32,000 bases of DNA, taken from assembly GCA_963529665.1 (NCBI GenBank), contig CAUSAG010000006.1, forward strand, positions 10,617-42,616, given 5' to 3'. Below, one piece after another: positions 10,179 through 17,881 of this stretch. Each line of letters starts with the position of its first letter. Positions within the stretch are counted from its first letter, which is position 1. The position numbers were made by a program, and so were the translations under genes. The stretch is from an uncultured Kingella sp. (GTDB lineage: Bacteria; Pseudomonadota; Gammaproteobacteria; Burkholderiales; Neisseriaceae). Below the pieces are notes generated by a model. The model ran no database searches. It was given only the letters and a program-made list of their open reading frames with translations, and was not told where the DNA came from.

Positions 10179-10465
10179 TTGTCCGGTAGTTGATATGGAA
10201 CGGCGGCGTCTCGCCGCCAAATACCGATTGAATAAACCATCCTGTTTGCCAACATGGCAACAAGCCACCAACGTTGCATGATTGCCAATCCGCTTAACAA
10301 TGTTTTCAGGCTGCCTTTGGCACAATGCAATAGGCAGCCTGAAAACGATGTTAATCCACCCACTCAATAAAACGCACGAGCAGGCTTGAATTTCATTCAG
10401 CGTTTATCCAGCCCAATCCATTGGGTTACCAGCCCAAGAGCAGTTATAAAGCGATGCCTACACAA

Positions 10466-10497
10466 AACGCCCCTGATATGCTCAGGGGCGTTTTTTT
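10466..10497 (-). terminator. Rho-independent terminator of nrdA (bidirectional hairpin)
   Basis: CGCCCCTGA-TATGC-TCAGGGGCG at 10468-10490, flanked by an A-run and a T-run, 24 nt beyond the nrdA stop. Confidence 0.65.
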
Positions 10498-10520
10498 ACG
10501 CGTTCAATTGGGCGCAGAGC

Positions 10521-12794
10521 CTAAATCTTACACGCCCCACCCGCGCAATCATCATCTTGCAAATCCGACTGTCTATCGTCTGCGCCATCGCGCGTGTTGT
10601 GGTAATACAGCGTTTTTACGCCGTATTTGTATGCCGAGAGCAAATCTTTGAGCATTTGGTTCATCGGCACGCGCCCGCCCTCAAAGCGTTTCGGGTCGTA
10701 GCTGGTGTTGGCAGAAATGGCCTGATCCACAAATTTTTGCATCACGCCCACCAACTTCAAATAACCATCGTTGCCGCCCATTTGCCACAGCGTTTCGTAT
10801 TGATTTTTTAGGCGTTCAAACTCGGGCACCACTTGCTTCAAAATGCCATCTTTGGATTGCTTAATGGTTACCAAGCCGCGCGGTGGCTCAATGCCGTTGG
10901 TGGCGTTGGCGATCTGCGAGCTGGTTTCGCTGGGCATCAACGCGCTTAATGTGCTGTTGCGCAAACCATATTGCACGATGTCGGTGCGCAAGGTTTCCCA
11001 ATCGTAATGCAAAGGCTCGTTGCAGAATTTGTCCAAATCGGCTTTGTAGGTGTCAATCGGCAAGATGCCTTGGGAATAGGTGGTTTCGTTGAACAGCGGG
11101 CAGGCACCGTATTCTTTCGCCAGCGCCACCGATGCTTTGAGCAAATAGTATTGCATGGCTTCAAATGTGCGGTGGGTTAAGCCAATCGCGCTGCCATCGC
11201 TGTATTTCACGCCGTTTTTCGCCAAATAATAAGCGTAGTTAATCACGCCCACGCCCAAGGTACGGCGGTTCATTGTGGCTTTGTGCGCGGCGGGAACAGG
11301 GTAGTCCTGATAATCCAGCAGCGCATCTAGGGCGCGGACGGTCAAATCCGCCAAGTTTTCAAATTCGTCCAAGTTTTCCAATGCGCCGAGGTTAAACGCC
11401 GATAGCGTGCACAAGGCAATTTCACCGTTTTCATCGTTAATATTGTTCAGCGGCTTAGTGGGCAGCGCAATTTCTAGGCACAAATTGGATTGGCGCACGG
11501 GCGCGACTTTGGGGTCAAACGGGCTGTGCGTGTTGCAATGGTCCACGTTTTGCACATAAATGCGCCCCGTGCCCGCGCGTTCCTGCATCAAGATGGAGAA
11601 CAAATCCGCCGCGCTGATGGTTTCTTTGCGGATGTTGGGGTCGTTTTCGTATTGGGTGTACAGGCGCTCAAATTCGTCTTGGTCGGCAAAAAAGGCTTCG
11701 TATAGCCCTGGGGTTTCGTGGGGCGAGAATAGGGTGATGTTGCCGCCTTTAATTAGCCGCGTGTACATCAACTTGTTGATTTGCACACCATAATCCAACT
11801 GGCGGATGCGGTTTTCTTCCACGCCGCGATTGTTTTTCAATACCAACAGGCTTTGCACTTCAATGTGCCACAGCGGGTAGAACAGCGTTGCCGCGCCGCC
11901 GCGCACGCCGCCTTGTGAACAAGATTTCACGGCAGCCTGAAACATTTTGAAAAACGGAATGCAACCCGTGTGCTGCGCTTCGCCGCCGCGAATTTCGCTG
12001 CCCAAGCCGCGGATGCGCCCCGCGTTGATGCCGATGCCTGCGCGTTGGGAAACGTATTTCACGATGGATGATGTGGTGGCATTGATGCTGTCTAGGCTGT
12101 CGTCGCATTCAATCAGCACACAGCTTGAAAATTGGCGCGTGGGCGTGCGCACGCCGCTCATAATTGGCGTAGGCAGCGAGATTTTGAATTGCGAAATCGC
12201 GTCATAAAAACGCTTCACATAATCCAAGCGCGTGTTTTTGGGGTATTTGGCAAACAAGCACATTGCCACCAAAATATACAAAAACTGTGGGCTTTCAAAG
12301 ATTTGGCGCGTAACGCGGTTTTGCACCAAATATTTGCCTTCCATTTGTTTTACGGCGGCGTAGGAAAAGGTTAAATCGCGCTCGTGGTCAATATAGCCGT
12401 TGATTTCGTTGTATTCAGCTTCGGTGTAGTCTTGCAGCAGATGCGCGTCGTATTTGCCCAACGCCACCATTTTTTGCACATGGGCAAACAGATGCGGCGG
12501 CGCATATTCGCCGTAGGCAATTTTGCGCAGGTGGAAAATGGCGAGACGCGCAGCAAGATATTGATAATCGGGCGTTTCTTCGGAGATTAAATCGGCGGCA
12601 GATTTGATGATGGTTTCGTGGATGTCGTCGGTGCGGATGCCGTTGTAGAACTGGATGTGCGATTTCAGCTCCACTTGCGACACGGACACATTGTCCAAGC
12701 CTTCGGCCGCCCACGTTACGACCTTATGGATTTTGTCCAAATTGATGGGTTCCAGCCGCCCGTCGCGTTTGGTTACTTGCATGTTGCTAGTCAT
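10521..12794 (-). CDS. nrdA: Class Ia ribonucleoside-diphosphate reductase alpha subunit
   Basis: 757 aa with an ATP-cone N-terminus (VTKRDGRLEPINLDKIHKV), active-site NLCLEI and a C-terminal CAGGACKI tail. Confidence 0.95.
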   Translation of the reverse strand: MTSNMQVTKRDGRLEPINLDKIHKVVTWAAEGLDNVSVSQVELKSHIQFYNGIRTDDIHETIIKSAADLISEETPDYQYLAARLAIFHLRKIAYGEYAPPHLFAHVQKMVALGKYDAHLLQDYTEAEYNEINGYIDHERDLTFSYAAVKQMEGKYLVQNRVTRQIFESPQFLYILVAMCLFAKYPKNTRLDYVKRFYDAISQFKISLPTPIMSGVRTPTRQFSSCVLIECDDSLDSINATTSSIVKYVSQRAGIGINAGRIRGLGSEIRGGEAQHTGCIPFFKMFQAAVKSCSQGGVRGGAATLFYPLWHIEVQSLLVLKNNRGVEENRIRQLDYGVQINKLMYTRLIKGGNITLFSPHETPGLYEAFFADQDEFERLYTQYENDPNIRKETISAADLFSILMQERAGTGRIYVQNVDHCNTHSPFDPKVAPVRQSNLCLEIALPTKPLNNINDENGEIALCTLSAFNLGALENLDEFENLADLTVRALDALLDYQDYPVPAAHKATMNRRTLGVGVINYAYYLAKNGVKYSDGSAIGLTHRTFEAMQYYLLKASVALAKEYGACPLFNETTYSQGILPIDTYKADLDKFCNEPLHYDWETLRTDIVQYGLRNSTLSALMPSETSSQIANATNGIEPPRGLVTIKQSKDGILKQVVPEFERLKNQYETLWQMGGNDGYLKLVGVMQKFVDQAISANTSYDPKRFEGGRVPMNQMLKDLLSAYKYGVKTLYYHNTRDGADDRQSDLQDDDCAGGACKI

Positions 12795-12967
12795 GTGTGC
12801 TTCTCCCTACGAAAATGCGAAATGCCGAGTATATATTCGGCATTCTTGGGGGTTTTTTGATTGGGTTAATTTTACGAATTTTTGGTCTGATTGGATAGCT
12901 TGACAAAAATAACCATTTGTTTTGTTTTATAATTAAGAGTAAATAATTTATTCATGAAAAAGAAGAG

Positions 12968-12976
12968 TTATCCACA
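12968..12976 (+). promoter_or_regulatory. Perfect consensus DnaA box TTATCCACA upstream of nrdA
   Basis: Exact 9-mer located 174 nt upstream of the nrdA ATG, in an AT-rich intergenic region. Confidence 0.35.
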
Positions 12977-13226
12977 AATTATGTGTTTTGAATGGCTTAC
13001 TTGCTGTTTCAGGCAGCCTGAAAATGAGGCGTAAAAATGAAAAATATTAAAGCTGTCTCTTTCATTACACTGCACCATCGCAAAGGCAGCCTGAAAACGA
13101 GCAACGCACGTTTTAACGCAGTCAAATTGTCTCAACTATTGCATAAACAAATTTTCAGGCTGCCTCACCATCCCCAAAAGGCAGCCTGAAAATCCAATCC
13201 AATCTCATCCTCTAAAGGACAACCAC

Positions 13227-13871
13227 ATGAAAACCATCATCATTGACTACGGCATGGGCAATCTCCACTCCGTGCAAAAATCCGTTCACGCCGCCGCCCA
13301 ACGTGCCAACATCCACACTCAAATCCAGCTCACTTCCCGCGCCCAAGACATCTACGCCGCTGATCGCGTGATTTTCCCAGGGCAAGGCGCGATGCCCGAC
13401 TGCATGGCAGCGCTCAACCAAAGCAATCTTGCCGACGCCATCCGCGATGCGTTGAAAAACAAACCCTTTTTCGGCATCTGCGTAGGCGCGCAGCTATTGT
13501 TTGAACACAGCGAAGAAGGCGGCACACAAGGCTTGGGCTGGTTTTCAGGCTGCGTTAAACGCTTTTCTGCCAACCAAACCGACGCGCAAGGCAATCGCCT
13601 AAAAATTCCCCACATGGGCTGGAACAATGTTTGCCAAACCCAAGCTCATCCCCTGTTTACCAACATTCCGCAAAACGAGCGCTTCTATTTTGTCCACAGC
13701 TATTATTTCGCCCCCACGCAGCCTGAAATCACACTTGCCACCAGCCAATATCCGCAAGAATTCGCCTGCATCATCGGCAAAGATAACGTTTTCGCCACCC
13801 AATTTCACACCGAAAAAAGCCACGAAGCAGGGCTACAATTGTTGCAAAATTTTCTACACTGGCAACCTTAA
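13227..13871 (+). CDS. hisH: Imidazole glycerol phosphate synthase, glutamine amidotransferase subunit
   Basis: 214 aa with IIDYGMGNLHSV, catalytic Cys in FFGICVGAQLLF, and FVHSY...QFHTEKS. Confidence 0.9.
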   Translation: MKTIIIDYGMGNLHSVQKSVHAAAQRANIHTQIQLTSRAQDIYAADRVIFPGQGAMPDCMAALNQSNLADAIRDALKNKPFFGICVGAQLLFEHSEEGGTQGLGWFSGCVKRFSANQTDAQGNRLKIPHMGWNNVCQTQAHPLFTNIPQNERFYFVHSYYFAPTQPEITLATSQYPQEFACIIGKDNVFATQFHTEKSHEAGLQLLQNFLHWQP

Positions 13872-13945
13872 ACACACAAAGTCTTAACACTTAACTATGT
13901 AATTTTGCTAAAATGGCGAAATAACTTACAAAGATTAACCCAACC

Positions 13946-14689
13946 ATGCAACTTATCCCTGCGATTGATCTCAAAGATGGACAATGTGTCCGCCTTAAAC
14001 AAGGCCTAATGGAACAAGCCACCATCTTTTCAGATAGCCCCGCCAAAATGGCGCAGCACTGGCTAGAACAAGGCGCGCGACGTTTGCACTTGGTTGATTT
14101 AAACGGCGCATTTGCAGGCGAGCCTAAAAATTTTCCCGCCATTGCTGAAATTCTTGCTGCCGTGTCCGCCCATATTCCCGTGCAATTGGGCGGGGGCATC
14201 CGCGATTTAGCCACCATTGAAAAATACCTCAATCTCGGTTTAACCGATGTCATCATTGGCACCGCCGCTGTTAAAAATCCCCAATTTGTGCGCGATGCCT
14301 GCCGCGAATTTGCAGAGCATATTATTGTAGGACTAGATGCCAAAGACGGCATGGTTGCCATTGATGGCTGGGCAACGGTAACCGAGCATCATGTGGTTGA
14401 TTTGAGCCAACAATTTGCCAGCGATGGCGTCAACAGCATTATCTACACCGACATCGGCAGAGACGGCATGATGAGCGGGGTAAACATTGAAGCTACCGTT
14501 CACCTTGCTCGCGCGGTGAATATCCCCATCATTGCATCGGGCGGTTTAACCAATTTAGACGATGTGCGCGCGCTTTGCGCTGTGCAACACGAAGGCATCG
14601 CAGGCGTTATCACAGGGCGCGCCATCTATGAAGGCAGCATCCAATTTAACGAAGCGCAACAGCTTGCCGATACCTTAACGGCAGCCTGA
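13946..14689 (+). CDS. hisA: ProFAR isomerase
   Basis: 247 aa with [14 protein letters not shown] and GGGIR; follows hisH. Confidence 0.9.
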   Translation: MQLIPAIDLKDGQCVRLKQGLMEQATIFSDSPAKMAQHWLEQGARRLHLVDLNGAFAGEPKNFPAIAEILAAVSAHIPVQLGGGIRDLATIEKYLNLGLTDVIIGTAAVKNPQFVRDACREFAEHIIVGLDAKDGMVAIDGWATVTEHHVVDLSQQFASDGVNSIIYTDIGRDGMMSGVNIEATVHLARAVNIPIIASGGLTNLDDVRALCAVQHEGIAGVITGRAIYEGSIQFNEAQQLADTLTAA

Positions 14690-14743
14690 AAACAGAATTT
14701 AAATTAAAACGATTTCTCAATAACAAATATAAAGGAAACAATT

Positions 14744-15094
14744 ATGTACGGTTCATTTTTGCTTATCGCGTTCATTTTAGGCTTTTGGTGCATTTGGTCT
14801 GCCAGCCGCGATGTTAATTCGCTGGGCGAGGCGCTGGGTTTTACCGTGTTAGCCATCATCATCAAAGCAACAATGGAGTGGAGCGGTATGCCAGAATTTG
14901 ATGCCCAGCTGTTAACCACTTGGGGTATTTTGTTTTTGTTCACTGTGGTGGTGTTGGAGATGATTGATCGCTTCTCTGAAAGCATGGGGATGAACATGGG
15001 GATTGCGCTGGCTGGTTCGGCAGGCTGGTTCTTGCTGGCGAAATATTTGTTTAGCGAAGCAGGCATTGCCAAAGTGGCAGGCTGGGTGGGCTGA
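14744..15094 (+). CDS. Small integral membrane protein (about 4 TM segments), function unknown
   Basis: 116 aa, hydrophobic, with a good SD (AAAGGAAACAATT-ATG). A DUS follows the stop directly. Confidence 0.6.
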   Translation: MYGSFLLIAFILGFWCIWSASRDVNSLGEALGFTVLAIIIKATMEWSGMPEFDAQLLTTWGILFLFTVVVLEMIDRFSESMGMNMGIALAGSAGWFLLAKYLFSEAGIAKVAGWVG

Positions 15095-15168
15095 ACGGCA
15101 GCCTGAAACGCAGTGCGGCGAAACAACAACGCATTCGCCCGTTGCCAACGCGATACGAAAACATCATT

Positions 15169-15227
15169 AAAACACCGTTATGCTGATTGATTGGGCTATG
15201 CTGATTGATTGGGCTAACGGTGTTTTT
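15169..15227 (+). terminator. Terminator-like hairpin (AAAACACCGT / ACGGTGTTTT plus T-run) whose loop holds two tandem copies of an 18-nt unit
   Basis: Arms at 15169-15178 and 15217-15226. The unit TGCTGATTGATTGGGCTA occurs at 15181-15198 and 15199-15216. Confidence 0.45.
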
Positions 15228-15281
15228 GCTTGTTGCGGGTTTTCAGGCTGCCGAACCGCACAAGCATCAAAAAGATACTGT

Positions 15282-15565
15282 ATTTCACGTCAAGGCTAAA
15301 ATGCAAAAATTGTTGATTTGCGTCAAGTTTTGTTAATATTTTGCCAGTGCATGGCGTTGCGCCGCCATACCCACGCTTTTTTGGGTGCATTGAATTGGCA
15401 TTGCAGTTGGGTTGCCGCTTTGCGGGGGCTAGCCCCCACACCCCCAGTCTCACTTGCGACGCCGCGCGGGCAGGCGGGCGGGGCGTTGCCCCTTTCACCT
15501 GCCCTTTCGGCAGAGTGTGGGGTCGCTTCCAAACAGTAAAGGGGGTATTCATAAAGGCTTCGCCT
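15282..15565 (-). ncRNA. Candidate structured non-coding RNA in the 3' end of the IS110-family element (bridge/seek-type guide RNA hypothesis)
   Basis: 284 nt with no credible ORF. Hairpins lie at 15351-15368, 15424-15437, 15480-15492, 15499-15513 and 15553-15567. An 8-bp long-range pairing joins 15434-15441 and 15515-15522. The element terminus is repeated internally (15282-15294 versus 15316-15327). Confidence 0.4.
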
Positions 15566-16582
15566 TTACAAAGCTTCCCCCTTGACTGTTTTCCAGCTCC
15601 GCTCTGCCCTAACATGCCGTTTCTCATCAAACAACTCGTTACGCTTAATGCAGTAGTAAGCATATTTGACCAGTTTTACCATCATTAGCACATACACTTG
15701 TTTCACTGGCTTTGTCTTTGCTTTCTCATCAAACCATGCACGCCAAAGTTTGCTACGAGTACAGGCTACTCTTGCTGGGGTGTACAGGGCTTTTCTGATT
15801 GACTTGTCGCCCATCTTTGACAGTTTTGACAATCCTTTATGTTTGCCTGATTGTCTTATCACTGGCGATAAGCCTAACCAGCTAACCAGTTTCTTGGCTG
15901 TTGGGAATTTGTCTATATCTACCAGTACGGATAGCAAGACTTGGGCGGTGGTTTGTCCTATACCAACGATACTCATCAGGATTTTTTGTTGCTGCTTTAA
16001 TGTTTCATCTTGCTTAATCAGGTTTTGAATGCTCTCTCGGCAGGTTTCTAGCTCTGCTTCCAACCATTCTATTGTTCTAGCAATGGATGCTTGACTAAAT
16101 TCGTCGGCAACATGGGCGCGGTTCTTTTCCATGGTAAGCAGTTGGTTAATTTGCTCTGCTCTGCGGCATAGGCTTTTCAATTGGGCTTTGTTTTTGTGTT
16201 CGGGTTGCCATAGGTTGGGATTTTCTGCTCGGCAGTATTGGGCGATGAGTTTTGCGTCTTGTTTGTCGGTTTTGATGCGTTTGAGTTTGAGAGAGGCATA
16301 GGATTTGATGATGCTGGGATTGATGACGCTGATGGCGACTTGGCTTTGATTGAGATGGGTGGCGATGGGGATGTAGTAAACGTTAGTTGCTTCGCAACAA
16401 ACATGTAATTTGTCTGGCTCTACTTGCTGCTCTGCGAGCCAGCTTTGTAGCTCTGTGAAGCCTGCTTCGTTGTTGTCTATGATTTTGTGGGCGGTTGGGG
16501 CTTCGTCTTTTATTAGGGCGCAGTCTATTTTATCTTTGGAGATGTCTAAACCTAAATGGCTGTTGTATTGATTCATAGTCAA
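15566..16582 (-). CDS. IS110-family (DEDD / Piv-MooV type) transposase-recombinase
   Basis: 338 aa with LGLDISKDKID, CCEATNVYY and VINPSIIKSY...KTDKQDAKLIA, plus the C-terminal IVGIGQTTAQVLL...LGLSPVIRQSGK motif. Confidence 0.9.
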   Translation of the reverse strand: MTMNQYNSHLGLDISKDKIDCALIKDEAPTAHKIIDNNEAGFTELQSWLAEQQVEPDKLHVCCEATNVYYIPIATHLNQSQVAISVINPSIIKSYASLKLKRIKTDKQDAKLIAQYCRAENPNLWQPEHKNKAQLKSLCRRAEQINQLLTMEKNRAHVADEFSQASIARTIEWLEAELETCRESIQNLIKQDETLKQQQKILMSIVGIGQTTAQVLLSVLVDIDKFPTAKKLVSWLGLSPVIRQSGKHKGLSKLSKMGDKSIRKALYTPARVACTRSKLWRAWFDEKAKTKPVKQVYVLMMVKLVKYAYYCIKRNELFDEKRHVRAERSWKTVKGEAL

Positions 16583-16714
16583 ACCTTATGAATGCGGGCT
16601 TTTGCCCAAGATACTGTGATGATTGCTTTCAAATGAGATAACCGCATGAACCAATCTTTTTGAATGCTTTGCGGAGCAAGGCAGCTATACGGCGGTTTCA
16701 TGCGGTTAGGGAGT

Positions 16715-17860
16715 TTATTGGATAACAGAAAGTTTGTCAGAACGTCCTGCGGTTAAACTAGGGAGCGGTTTGCCGTCTAGTTCCAAAATTTGATTGTTGG
16801 ATGCGTTTTCAGGCTGCCCTATGCTTTGGCTCGGCATTGCGGTTTGCTGTGTTGGTTCTCTGAATGGGTCAAACGGCAAACCATTTTCTACATAGTCTAA
16901 ACACACTTCTTGGCTAATTTCTTTTAGCTTGGTTGCTTGGTCGGAATAGCAGGTACAGCCTGATTTGCCGCCTTTGATACAGGCTGCGATGCGCTCGTAT
17001 TGTTTGACTTGACGGACGCTGTTGTAAAGCGGTTTGGATTCGGGGCGCTCTGCCAAAGTAGGAACAAACATATCGGGATTTAAATCTGCGCCTTGATTGA
17101 CTTGTGGGATAGCGTTTTGTTTTAGATTCTCTATGTTGCCTGTAAGCGTAGCAGGACTGGATGCGTTTGGGTTATCGTTGCTTTCGGCTACCATGCCCGC
17201 TTTGACCTTATAGCCTTGATACATCCGATAGCCCATCCAACCGACTAAACCAAAGATAAACGGGATAAAAATCAGCATGGCAATAATCACATAATACCAG
17301 CGCGATTTAACATGACCGTGCCCTGTATGAGCTTCCGCCGATTTGTAATATTGAAAGACCTCTTCGCGGATTTTATGGCTGCTGGATAGGGCATTTCTGG
17401 CTTGCGCGGTGGGATTAAGTGCTACTTCATTCCATTCCAAGCGTGTTAAGCCCCCCATTTTGTTGGCAGCGATATGTATATGCTTGCCGACCACTTCGCG
17501 CAGGTTAATGTCTATGATTTTTGGCGATTGAGTAATCAGGATTAAATCAATCGCCGAATGCCCGTGTACATTCAGCCATGCGACTTTATCAGGCATCTTG
17601 CTGCCAGCGGGACGAGCAGGAAATAGATTTTGTACTTCGTCAAAAACGACAACAGAGCCGATATTCTCTTTCCATTGCAGCCATACATTTAAATCTTCCC
17701 AGCTATGCCCTTCGGGTGGTTTGTGGTGTGGTATTTCTAGCCCATTGATATTGCTAAATAGTTTGCGACCTTTGTAATAATCATCAAACATCAGCATTTC
17801 TACAACGAACGCAGTTTTACCGATTCTTGGTTTACCTGTTACCAAAACAATTTGTGCCAT
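16715..17860 (-). CDS. Zot-like phage assembly ATPase (pI analogue)
   Basis: Walker A motif GKPRIGKT at the N-terminus, a central TM segment (YYVIIAMLIFIPFIFGLVGWMGY), 381 aa, and a strong SD. Confidence 0.85.
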   Translation of the reverse strand: MAQIVLVTGKPRIGKTAFVVEMLMFDDYYKGRKLFSNINGLEIPHHKPPEGHSWEDLNVWLQWKENIGSVVVFDEVQNLFPARPAGSKMPDKVAWLNVHGHSAIDLILITQSPKIIDINLREVVGKHIHIAANKMGGLTRLEWNEVALNPTAQARNALSSSHKIREEVFQYYKSAEAHTGHGHVKSRWYYVIIAMLIFIPFIFGLVGWMGYRMYQGYKVKAGMVAESNDNPNASSPATLTGNIENLKQNAIPQVNQGADLNPDMFVPTLAERPESKPLYNSVRQVKQYERIAACIKGGKSGCTCYSDQATKLKEISQEVCLDYVENGLPFDPFREPTQQTAMPSQSIGQPENASNNQILELDGKPLPSLTAGRSDKLSVIQ

Positions 17861-17881
17861 TGCCTTTCCTTTATTGCTTCA

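Larger units (their letters stand above)
15272..16618 (-). mobile_element. IS110-family insertion sequence, 1337 bp counting one copy of the flanking 10-bp direct repeat AAGATACTGT
   Basis: Exact 10-mer at 15272-15281 and 16609-16618 brackets a single DEDD-type transposase gene. No terminal inverted repeats, as is usual for IS110. Confidence 0.8.

Noticed and set aside
10179-10367. The 5' part of track ORF 9948..10367 as genuine toxin coding sequence.
   Set aside because: It reads through a DUS inverted pair (FRLP, RQPEN) and a GC hairpin, and its composition switches at about 10180. It is probably non-coding read-through.
10883-12714. Numerous ORFs antisense to or out of frame within nrdA.
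   Set aside because: They are contained within a 757-aa gene with unmistakable RNR motifs and are compositional artefacts.
12968-12986. NrdR box overlapping the DnaA box (CCACAAATTATGTGT), and the 12821-12844 palindrome as an NrdR box.
   Set aside because: The first is an odd-length imperfect palindrome that does not fit the 16-bp even NrdR consensus as I remember it. The second lacks the conserved CAC/GTG arms. There is also no tandem box at the usual spacing.
15214-15688. ORFs 15214..15663-, 15318..15539+, 15323..15532- and 15341..15688+ in the IS tail.
   Set aside because: They overlap one another in several frames, have no SD and show low-complexity Pro/Arg/Gly/Ala composition. One of them overlaps the transposase 3' end. 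The region is better explained as structured non-coding sequence.
15546-16597. Possible sub-terminal inverted repeat of the IS (ATTCATAAAGG at 15548-15558 versus CCTTATGAAT at 16586-16595).
   Set aside because: The match is 10/11 with an indel, which could arise by chance. The left copy lies 265 nt inside the element end defined by the 10-bp direct repeat.
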